A stretch of DNA of 64,000 nt from Monocercomonoides exilis PA203 (Eukaryota; Protista; Preaxostyla), in NCBI GenBank assembly GCA_001643675.2, contig LSRY02000053.1, positions 124,001-188,000 of the forward strand, read 5' to 3'. Position 1 is the stretch's first letter, and the number at the start of each line of letters is the position of its first letter. The translations under genes were made by a program, and so were the position numbers. The notes beneath the pieces are model-generated. The model saw only the letters and a list, made by a program, of their open reading frames with translations, made no database searches and had not been told where the DNA came from. Positions 13,149 to 24,000 of this stretch are shown piece after piece.

Positions 13149-14470
13149 TTACTTATTCACAAGATAGTCCGTCAAATCCAAAGACATTTCAGCGTAATAT
13201 TCTCCGTTAAAAATAAAAAATATACCAAAAATGTTTGTCACTTCATCTTCAAATCCTTCTTCTTCTATCTTTTCAAATATCTCCATTTTTATATCCTTTC
13301 TTTTGTCTTCATAAATTTCAATGTCATCATTCCCATCTAATTTTTTGGAAACTTCAAAGAAGAATCTCAAGCAGCCACTTGCGACATCAACATCCAACGT
13401 CGACTGCTGCATTTCCTCCAACATCACGTCAATTGCTCTTCCTTTAATCAAAACTTCAACACTCACCTTTTTCACTTCTGCAACTATTTGAAAAATATTG
13501 GCGCAATTTCGATATATTTTGCGTCCATTCCCTCTTGATGCCCTGCACAGCTGAACAAGGCAATGAAGAAGCTCGACATTGTCCTCTTTTTGCGATATCA
13601 AAAGTGGAAACTGGCTTGTGACAAGAGAGATCCATTTCTTTATTAAAAATGCTTCTTTCTTCCTTTTCGTTTCTTCTTCATTTTCCCAATCGACACACTT
13701 TGCTAGCTCTTCCAATTCTCTTGCTGTTTCTCTTGCAATATGTAATTCATTCGCAATCACTTCTTCCAGCCCTCTTTCTCCAAATGATCTGTCCATCAAA
13801 AACACCCATGCTGACAGATACGCAATATGCGTCAGATTGTGATGCTCCTGATGATGTTTGATTATCTCTATCATCTCGTTCATATAAAGCTCTTTTTCAA
13901 TTCTCTGCTCAAAAAACGCAAGTCAATAAACATCTTGAATTAAAAGAAGTTCATACCACCCATTGTCCAATGTTGCTCAATGCAGCAAATACTATTTCAA
14001 CGTCACTTTGAGTTTCCTTTCTTTTTTCTTTCTTCAAAGCAGCTTTCAGAAGGGATGACAGACAAATAGATAGCAATTTTTGTGGCAACTTCTCTGAGTC
14101 ATTGTGCAGAAGAAGATAGCATTCACAAAGATAAAGCAGTAGATTTTCATTCTTTTCTTCTTTTTTCCTATTTTCATCAACAATCATCTTCATTAACCTT
14201 TTGCATAACGAAGAACAATTGAAGCTAACACTCCATAACTTTTTAATAACTTTGTTACATCCCATTTCCTTCAACAGCAAAATGGCATCTTCCAATAGCA
14301 GTTCCTTTTCTTCTATCATTTTATCCATTTTATTGAAAAGTTCAATCGTGAAAACTGAATCAAATTCTTCTTCATCCATCTCACCAATCAGTTCATTCAT
14401 TTCTTTGATTTTCTGTTTCTGCTCATTTTCAGCGCATTTTCCGGGTTCAGTGTATAATTCTTCAAAACAA
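13149..14470 (-). CDS. Uncharacterised expanded-family protein, copy 2
   Basis: ORFs 13951-14487 and 13149-13883 join through GT-AG intron 13956-13905 (..GQWV|RIEKELYMNE..), the same position and phase as copy 1. Motifs HHNLTHIAYLSAW and EEEGFED. First exon not resolved. Confidence 0.8.
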
Positions 14471-15179
14471 ATTAGTAAATAAGTCAAAAAGTGAATAAAT
14501 AAATAAAAGTTAAACGATTTGCATTTTAAAAAACAATAAAACTATCAAACTTGAAAGCAATTCCAAAAATGAAATCTCTCGGAATTCGCTGAGATGCTTC
14601 TTGTCAGAAGATTCCTTCATTCTATTATAACATGATATGTTAAGCTTATGTGGTAAAGTTCATAATTCGAATAAATCGATAAATGCGAATTACTTTATTC
14701 ATCTTGTAAAATGGAAAAGGATCATACAATATCAATTATTTGTTGTACAAAAAGTGGATCAGTAAAAAAGAGGAAATGACTTAAAAATAGAAGTCAGTAT
14801 TTCCAAGAAATTCAATCTTTCTTTTCTTTCCTGATCGGACCAATAACCATTATAAATTTCGTGGAATACGTTTATTTAATTTATTTACAATATATATTCA
14901 AAACACATTATATCAAATTAATAACAAGATTTGAATGATGCAAAGAAAAAAGTTCGTCACAATTAAAAAAGTTTTCCAAATTAAAAAAATGAAAAAAATA
15001 AATACAAAAAATGAGATGAAAATTTATGAGACAGATGTGAATAAGAAGGAAAAGATGGTTTCGAATAATAATTCTGTTGAATGTTGCCTGAATGTGTTTA
15101 AAAAATTTACATTTGATGAAGAGGAGACGAAAAAAATTGACAACGAAATGCGATTGTTTGAGTGAATTTTGGTGTGTGA

Positions 15180-16850
15180 GCTATCTTTTTGTGGAGATGA
15201 TATAAATAGAGAAGGAGCAGAAGAAATAGAAAGAGAAAGAAAAGGACAAAAATAAGGAAAATAAGAAGGAGGAGAAGGAAGAGTAAAATAAGAAAAAGAA
15301 GAAGAAAAAGAAGAAGAAAAAGAAGAAGAAGAAGGGGAAGAAGAAGGGGAAGAAGAAGAAAAAGAAGAAGAAAAAGAAGACGACGACGAAAAAGAAGATG
15401 ACGATGAAGAATCAGAAGATTATGAAAGCAATGAAGGCGAAGCAATTGAGAATTGTGAAACGAATGCAATCCTTTTTTAAAGATGTTGAAAATAACTTGA
15501 GGAATATCGATTGATAAAAATAAATCATTCGCTGAGTTGATTTCAGGTGAAATAGACAATCTTTATCACAAAATATGTGAAAGGCAGAGAGATGCAAACA
15601 GATGAAGATGGAAGTCCACAAATCGTTAACTGTCTTTGTGTGGTTGAACTGCTTTGTCCCTCAGAAAAAGGATAATTGTGTTTGTCAAATGATGTCAACA
15701 ATTCAAATGAACTTCATGTATGATGAGGATACTGGAAGAGAAGAAGACGTTGATGATTGAAGAACTTGACTTCAATGGCAATAATTTCAAATTCAAAAAG
15801 AAGAAAATGACGAATTTTATGTTGATATGATTGACGTGTCGATTCTGGCAATGAACATATTTTGTTGAGTGAGACTGTTGGGAAAGATAAGAAAGGTGAA
15901 GAAGAAGGTGAAGAAGAAGAGAAGATATCAGCTTTTTCAAGTCATAATCATCGATAGAAAAAGACGAATTTGTTGTGAATTTGAATGCCAGCCAGCTCAT
16001 CAGCTCCAACAAACAAGTCGCTTCTGCCAAGCACTCTCAATAAATATCCCAAACAAACTGCTTTTTCTCCCTTTCAAGCTCATGTCAAGCATTGTCATGA
16101 TATGCATCGTTCAAAATAGATGGTTGAAGTCACGAATGTCACGTTCAATGTAATTCAAACATGAATAATCTCAAAACGTCTGGCTCTTTTGAAAAATGAT
16201 AAAAAGACTTCATTCAATGACATTCCTGTTCATAGTCATTCTGTATTCATTCAAAGAACACCATTAAAGAAACATGAATGACATAAAAAAAGTCAAACCA
16301 TTTTTTTGATTTTGAAATATTTTCCCATCTCCAATGGATCGGTAATTATCAGCCCAGCTGGTTTTCTTGTTCTCCAAAATTGCCTCTTGCCACATAAAAA
16401 AACAGATAACTGGATAACAAATGGATGGCAAAGAACGTCATCGAACACAGAGAATCCATTGTGAAGCCGGCTATGATTCCAAATGAAAACACATATTCTC
16501 CAAATGATAAAGTGACGAACTCCTTTTCAAAACCCAATTCAACGACAAGTCTTTGCTGATAGCATACCAGCATGCTTTGTGCAAAATGCAAATGAGATTG
16601 TTGTTGAGGCCTGCTGAGTGTTTTGCTCAACTCGTTTCCTCCATTGTCCAACCCCTCAATTCTCTTTCCTTTTCCACAAAATCATCCTTCCCCAAAAAAA
16701 CCATGTTAAACAAATCTTGCTCAAATGATATGCCAAGTACGCTGCACTTCCCTGAAATGACAAAGCGGTTCAATTCTATCTTTCTGATATTCTGCTCGCT
16801 TTTTTTGTATCTTGCTTGAATTATTTTTCATTCAAAATATCACAGCTGAT
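15180..16850. pseudogene. Unassignable degenerate coding relics (acidic purine tract 15200-15440; minus-strand hydrophobic fragment 16349-16651)
   Basis: Coding-like composition with frequent stops in all frames and no recognisable domain. Confidence 0.3.
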
Positions 16851-17418
16851 ATTGCACCATATGCTTTATAATATACAACCATGTTCAAATTTCATGCTGA
16901 TTTTCCCCTGCCAATTCACTTATTGCATTCAATCGATGCAAACAGCCACTCTCTCCTCCATCTGCATGTAAAATTATTGTTCTACTGCAGTGCAATAACT
17001 CGCATGGATGCATCCGTGGTCTTGTGTCCAAGCAATCAAACATGCTCTGGCTGTCGCAAATCATCAATCAAATATCATTTCTTATATAATTAAAGGTTAT
17101 CAACCCTTATTTATTTATTCAAAAAGAAATTTTTTAATTCAACGATTTGCTTGTTTTGATGCAAAAATCATTGATGACAAAAGAGGTTTGGACTCCCGTG
17201 TTAATGAACATTTGATCTATTGTTTTTAATTCTTTTTATTCGAATATTCAACGAATATTTCGAAAATGAATTTATTAATTGTTTTGAAATCATTTTGCCA
17301 TTGAACAGCCATCTTCAAAAAGTCAAATATATCTTGGTTTGCAAAGTGTTATAAGAAATGAATGGTTAAATTAACAAATGTGCGTTTTTTTATTTTTTAT
17401 ATTTTTTAATTTTTTTAG

Positions 17419-18736
17419 AGAAATTTTCACAGTTGGAACAATTCACTGAAGCAGAACAGAAGCAGAAAATCGAAGAAATGAATGAAATAATTGATGGATT
17501 GAATAAAGAAGAATTCAGATCTGTTTTCACAAAAGAACTGTTCAATGAAGTGAACAAAATGATTGAAGATAAGAAACTTTCGATGGGAAATGCCACTTGG
17601 CTGCTGAAGCATGTTGGATTTTGCAATATGCTAAAAAATGTGTGGAATCCATACTTCGAAGAATCTTCGCTGAAGGAAAGATTTGAGAAGTTGATAATTG
17701 AAGAAAATGAGAAGAAAAATGAAGAAAAGAACGAAAAAATTCTAACTGATCTTTGCGAATTTTATCTTTTGTTTAACTACCAGTTTTCTTGCAATTTTCT
17801 TTCAATTTGTTTGCGACATATTCTGAAAATCGCGTTGAAGAAAAAGGAAAGCAAAGAAACACGAAAAGAAGTGGAAATGGCATTATTTTCTTTGAGCAAA
17901 TGTTGTTATTGGGTTTGAATTCTTCTTTTTCAATTCAAAAAAAATTTATTTTTTCCACTTATTTTTTATAGGGAAAAAATGAAGAGATGTTATCTTATGA
18001 AATGACTGAGGTTGTCAAATATCATCAGGAACATCATAATTTGACACGACTTGCATATCAATCGGCTTGGCAGTTTTTGATAGACAGATTTCACAATGAG
18101 AAAGGCTTAGAAGGAGCAATTACAAAAATTCTTCATTTTGGAAGAGAGGCAAAAAGAGAATTGGAAGAGCTGATGAAATGTGTGGATTGGAAGAGAGAGA
18201 AAGAAGAGGAAAGAAAAAAAGAAACGAAAGAAGAACTAATTTTGATGAGATGGCTTCGAGTGTTGGAGCTTTATTTTAACCATTGTAGATTGAGGATTGA
18301 AGAAATTAATGAGGTTATTGAAAGTATCATTCAGATATATCGAGTATCAAGGGACAATCACAAAGAAATAAATGAGTGGTGCATTTTCATATTTATTCAA
18401 ATGTCAGGAAACGGATTCATGGGAATTGATGAGTTGTTGAATTGCGGTGTTGTTAATATTGTTCTGGAGGCGATTCAGCAAACAACAAATGAAAACTTCA
18501 CTGCATGTATTTGTTTGGAATTCTTTTTGAAGATTTCAGAAAGATTGAAAGGAAACTCAGACGATGAAATGGAAGATGAGAAAAGAAAAGATATGAAAAG
18601 GAAAGTGCTTGAAAAGTTGGAAGAAGAAGGATATGAAGATGGCATTACATGTTTAAATGAAAAATTTGGCGTTTCACACAAAAATCACTATCCTTATTTA
18701 TCATGGAATATTTCTGATTATTCTGTTAACGTTTGA
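17419..18736 (+). CDS. Uncharacterised expanded-family protein, copy 3
   Basis: ORFs 17433-17918 and 17987-18736 join through GT-AG intron 17913-17971 (..CCYW|GKNEEMLSYE..), the same position as copies 1 and 2. Motifs HHNLTRLAYQSAW and EEEGYED. Acceptor-like tttttag at 17418; first exon not resolved. Confidence 0.8.
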
Positions 18737-18762
18737 AGAAATTCATTGAATTTTATGTCACA

Positions 18763-18903
18763 ATTTTTTCTTTTCTTTCCTTTCCTTTCCTTTTCTTTCC
18801 TTTTCTTTCCTTTTCTTTTCTTTTCTTTTCTTTCCTTTCCTTTCCTTTTCGTTTTTTTCCTATTCTTTCCTTTCATTCTTCTTTCTTTTCTTTTCTTTTT
18901 TTT
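18763..18903. repeat. Polypyrimidine (tttcc/ttttc)n tract downstream of copy 3
   Basis: Visible directly. Confidence 0.85.
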
Positions 18904-19329
18904 AAATTTCAATACTGAACTAATCATGACATGAAAGCTGAACAAATTAGGAACAAATCGTGGGTTTTTTATGAATGAAATAATTATTTCACATTTTTAG
19001 CGAAATTTTTTCCATTATCAAAAAAACAGCGTTTTGTTTCAAACTTTTTCTCCGCCATATCCTTATCGATCCAGCATTTCCATGCATAACAATGAAGAAA
19101 ATAAAAAAAAGAGATAAATAAAAGGAAAAAATGAATGGAATAACATTCAAAAAGCAAAATATTTCTTCCCATTTTTCAATGTCAAATGAACCTAACATGC
19201 TACAGAAGAGATAATGAATATTTTGCACTATGATAATATTCGATTGAAAATGAATGAAAAATTGACAAAAAATGTTTTTGCACACAAAAATACGATTATT
19301 ACCGATGTTAATTGTTTTCGATGCTATTA

Positions 19330-19726
19330 CAGATATCGCATAAAATACAGGACATCGCACAAAATACCGGACAAGATCGATTTTACAATAACTGTAAGAA
19401 GAAAAATTCTGACAATTTTCCTCAAAATATATCTCATCAATACAAACTCAATTGATACACGGGAATTTCGGGACAGCTTCGCTTGAGCTCAGAAAAAATT
19501 TATGATTGAAATCTCGGAGAAATAGAATTTCAAGTTTCTCCGAAACATAAAAAATAATTTTCTCCGATTACGAATGAGGCGATTTCAAAAGTCTTGAATG
19601 ACATGTGAGTTTGTATTGATAAGATATATTTTGAGGATAATTGTCAGAATTTTTCTTCTTGCGGTTATTGAGATATCGATCTTGTCCGGTATTTTGTGCG
19701 ATGTCCTGTATTTTATGCGATATCTG
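19330..19726. mobile_element. Tc1/mariner-type MITE, 397 bp, ~121-bp TIRs, TA target duplication
   Basis: TA|CAGATATCGCATAAAATACAGGACA ... TGTCCTGTATTTTATGCGATATCTG|TA. 19330-19450 pairs with 19606-19726. No ORF. CAG termini with a TA TSD are typical of Tc1/mariner. Confidence 0.9.
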
Positions 19727-20361
19727 TATATCCCGTTTCAGTAAAACAAATGATATTATTAAATCCGGAGTAATAATGTTTCAGTGATAAAAGAATTTTG
19801 TTTTTAAAAAGTCAATTTGAAAAAAAGATAGAACACCCTTGTCTTTTTTTAAAATTGCTGTTGTTTTTCGAAACTTGGTCCTTAGTGTTTGGATTTTTTG
19901 GGAAGACAAAAAAAATCAGACGAACATGATCTTTTCATCTTATTTGTCTTTAGCTTATTATGACGGAATTAAAAAGCAAAGTATCTTGGAAACGGAACAT
20001 TTCTAAGTCTTCTTTTAATTTCGTTTTCATATTTCTAAAATCAATTTTTGTAAATCCATTTTATATATGGGGGAAAATACGGACTTTCAAGCTTTTTTTT
20101 GCACAAGGCATTGAAAAATTGCTTCGCTCAAAACTTTATTTAACTTTTTCAAATAACAAAATTAATTTGATTTTCATATCCTCAATCAGTCATCGTTGAA
20201 ATCAAAATATAAAGCTTTCCAACATTTAACGAATGTCAAAAAATGGACACATTTTTATTGTGTTTTTTGATCTCAAAAAATCTAAGAAAAGTACATAATT
20301 TTTCCTTGAAAATGCCTGAAATAAAATATTTTGCCGCAACTGTTCAAAATAATATATTCTG

Positions 20362-20772
20362 AAAGTTGATACGATCCATTGGATGATGGAGAACAAAATA
20401 CTGGATCAAGAAAGATACTGTTTCAAATGTCAAAGAAAAATAAAGCATTACATTTGCCATGTTTTTCCAAGTCGATTAAGATGCATGCATCAGCAAATAA
20501 ATGTTTGGAAAAATACTAATTTTGAATAATTCAGATTCAAATCATGCGATATATATGAAAAATGACATAATGCTTTCGAACTTGCATATCTCAGACTAAT
20601 TGTTCGATCGTTTGCAATAAATCCAGTTTAGCTGTTTGTCGAATGTTTTATTCAATCAGAAATTGCATTTCAAATTATACTGAATAAATTCTTTACAAAC
20701 TTATAGGAGAAGATAAAGAAGTTGAAATAGATGAAGCAATTTTTCACAAACGAAAATATAACAAATGAAGAC
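20362..20772 (+). pseudogene. Merlin/IS1595(ISXO2)-like DDE transposase relic, N-terminal part only
   Basis: Manual translation gives TIHWMMENKILDQERYCFKC (Zn-ribbon CxxC) ... INVWKNTNFE, then after stops and a frameshift IGEDKEVEIDEAIFHKRKYNK*R (20703-20771), matching the Merlin/ISXO2 VEIDE(S)xFxKRKYNxGR motif. It ends at an ~A25 run. Confidence 0.75.
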
Positions 20773-21091
20773 AAAAAAAAAAAAAAAAAAAAAAAAACGA
20801 CACAAGTTCACACTTTAGACAGACATGCATTGCTTGAAATTTCCTTGTCGCAAAGTCCTTCATCGCAATAATAAAACAACCGATTTCAAATTGAAAATAT
20901 TTGCGTTCTTTATAAAATGTTTTTCAAAAAATATCTTGTTTGTTTATTAAAAAAAACATGTCATGTTTCTTAAAACTTTGAATCGCATTTTTTCTATTCG
21001 TCACATATTTTAAACTGAAAATGGCTGAAAATTATTACTATTCAATAAACCCATTTTATTTCTTTTTTATATTTTTATTGTTAATTCGCAG

Positions 21092-24000
21092 ATGGACATG
21101 CTTGATGTTGCAAAGGGATTGAGCGATATTGTTCAAGCAATACCAATGTTTAAATTTAAACAATTAAAAGCAGAATGCGAAAATGTCAAATGCATGTATT
21201 TTTCCATATTAAAAAATTAATTAAAAGATTTGACACCTTTCAACAATAGCAATCCTTTTGAAAGACAAACCATCTCATTGGTTTGCATACAATTTTGCTA
21301 TCATTTTCTTTATTTTTGTTTTTTCAATTTTTCAATTTTTTAAAAAAGGACACGTGATTATTTTTTGCCAATTGAGCATTCTTTTGAAACTGAAAATGCA
21401 GAAATTATTGGAGCTTCATTGAACTGTGTGCAGGTATGACATTTTTTATTTTTGAAAAAGATTGCAACTTTCTCTCTTTTGTTAGAAATGGATTAGATAT
21501 GGATTTATAAACGGAAAATCTTCTGAATCTGGGTTTTCACCATCGGATAATTTGATTGATCATTTGGTCATTCTGATTGAGCCAATTTCTTCAATGCAAA
21601 AAGGGGAGATTCCTTTGTGTTGTACAAAAGTTTGAAGATTATATTTTTTCTGAAACGTTTATTAATTGACATACTTTTATTTCAGCTTTTGAGCACCATT
21701 TTGAGTTCGCCTCATTGCTTAGTTGTTGGTGAAGTTTTGACGTCTGTTCTTCAATCATACATTTGTGCTCATCTTCTTCTTCGAAAAGCCGAACACATTG
21801 ATCTTTCTCTTCATGAATTTAACACAATATGTTGCACTCTTCTTCGAAAATCAGTCTTTTCTTTACAACCAGAAATTAAATTAGAAAAAGAAAGAAACAA
21901 AAGAGAAAAGAAAGAAATCCAAGAAAAGCCAAAAGAAGAGGAAAACAAGCTAATTGTTAAAGAGACAAGAATCGACGACATAATTGTGAAAGAGCTGTCT
22001 TCTGATCCAACAACTGCGAGCTCAACAACAACGTCGCGCCCGCTGTTAAAATCTGTACACTTTCGAACGATAAAAAACGTACTCGACATTTTGTGTGATT
22101 GCCTTCTTGAGGAATCACCCGATCCACCGACATCATCTTCTGCTTCGCCTCCTTCAGCGTCGTCTGCTGGTCGTGATGCAGCAGCACCTGACCCATTCAT
22201 CACAAAGAAGCTGCTGGCTATTGGTGCCATGTCCGCCATTTTTGCCTCGCCGCTGCTTTCGTTCTTCCTCCTGTGCGATGGCGAAGAGGAAGAGCTTGAG
22301 GATGCAAGCGATGCTTCAGACGCACATGCATCTTCTGCAAACATTTCATCAACTTCCACTTCAAACACAACCACTTCCACAGCTTCTGCTGCTACTGCCA
22401 CTACTATTTCCTCTTCTGCTCCTTCTTCTTCTCTCTTCTACTCTCCATTCGCGTCTGCCTCTGCTTCCACCGAAGACACATCAGTTCTCCACTCCATCAC
22501 CTCCTCTCCGTTTCCTTCGTTAGTCCAGACAAAGATACTCGATGCTGTTATTCTGAATGCAGGCGTGCCTGACATCAACATCCTGGCGCACTCAGTCGCC
22601 ATTGCTGCCAACATACTCATCGTCTCCTGCACCATCACACAGCAGCAGCGCGAGCACCAGCGCTCCTTGCGATATTCCATGTCTCAGGCCTCGCAACCGC
22701 CTGCTCCTCCGCTTTCTGTTGGCTCTGAGAATTCGCTCCACTCAGCAAATTACACGTCCCCCGCCGTTACCAGCTCGATGAAGTCCAGCGGCAGCGTGCA
22801 GAATGGTGCTCTGCATCAGCACAGCCGCACGCACGTTCAGGGCACGCTGCTGACCGACGCGCCCACGCTGGCCTTCCGCGAAGAGCTGACGTCGGTGTTT
22901 GTGATCCTGGAGGACATCCTCTCCACGCCAGGCACCACAGTCGATGCCGAGAAGGCAACCATCCTCGCCACGCTCGTGCCGCTGTTCGCGCGGGGAGACC
23001 TGCTCGCGGCAATCTTCCACGAGTGCGACTGCGACCTGCGGCAGGAGTCGCACCTCGAGAAAATCCTCAACGGGATCTGCAGGACAGTGCAGAACAGCGT
23101 CTCGCAGTCTGCCATCGCGATGGCCGACGGCTCTGGCGGCGACTCGGCGCTGTGTGTTGACATCGAGCAGTGGAAGACAGCCAGCGGCTGGAGGCGGTCG
23201 AAGGAGCTGCTGGAGGCCGAAGTGGAAGGAAACGAGGCAGCACTGAAGACGATCTATCTGAACACGTCGGCGAAGGGTATCATTTCTGCCGACCGCACCA
23301 CGCTGTGCGTGGCAACAGTCACGTCAGAAGAGCAGCTGGCTTCGACGGCGCTTCTGTGCGTGTGCCTGTTTGTGCAGACAGTCGCTCACTTCTGCCAGCG
23401 GTATTCATCCTCTGCCCTGCTGCTAGCGATGGAAAGGGGCATGTCACTGGACACACTCCCAGCACCTTCACTCACACAGACAGAAAAGACAATTGAGCCG
23501 CGCTCAGCTGAAGTGGCGCGCAGCTCCTTCCGATCGTCTTTTTCTACGCTGTCAACAGCGAGTGATGTGTCTCTCCGTGCGTCTGCAATGTCCCAGCCTC
23601 TTTCGCCGTGCCAGTCAGACCCGTCGCTTCTCCATTCTCCTCCTGTTCTGTACTCGTCCTCCTTCACCACACGCACACTGCCACAATCCCCGCTGTTCGA
23701 ACCACTTTCTTCGAACTACAACAAGCCCCTTCTCCCACCGAAGCAACCAGGCGCTTCTCATTTGTCTTTGTCTTCTTCCGGCTATTCGTCTGCTTCTCCG
23801 CCACATTCAAGGCCGTTTCATCACTCGCAGAACTCAAGCCAGCTCTCGCCGATGCATCCTTCCACTCCATTTGCGTTTGATTCGCCTCGTGGGCAGCAGG
23901 AAGGCCTCGAGACGATGCTTCCTGGGGCAGTCTCAGCGAACAGCTCGGTGGAGATAATGAGGCAGAAAAAGAAGATGATCGAGAGATGTGTGGTGCTGTT

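Noticed and set aside
21617-21685. ORF-track start of the 3,652-aa ORF
   Set aside because: It is a TTG start running through intron 21630-21685. The real N-terminus is spliced from upstream exons.
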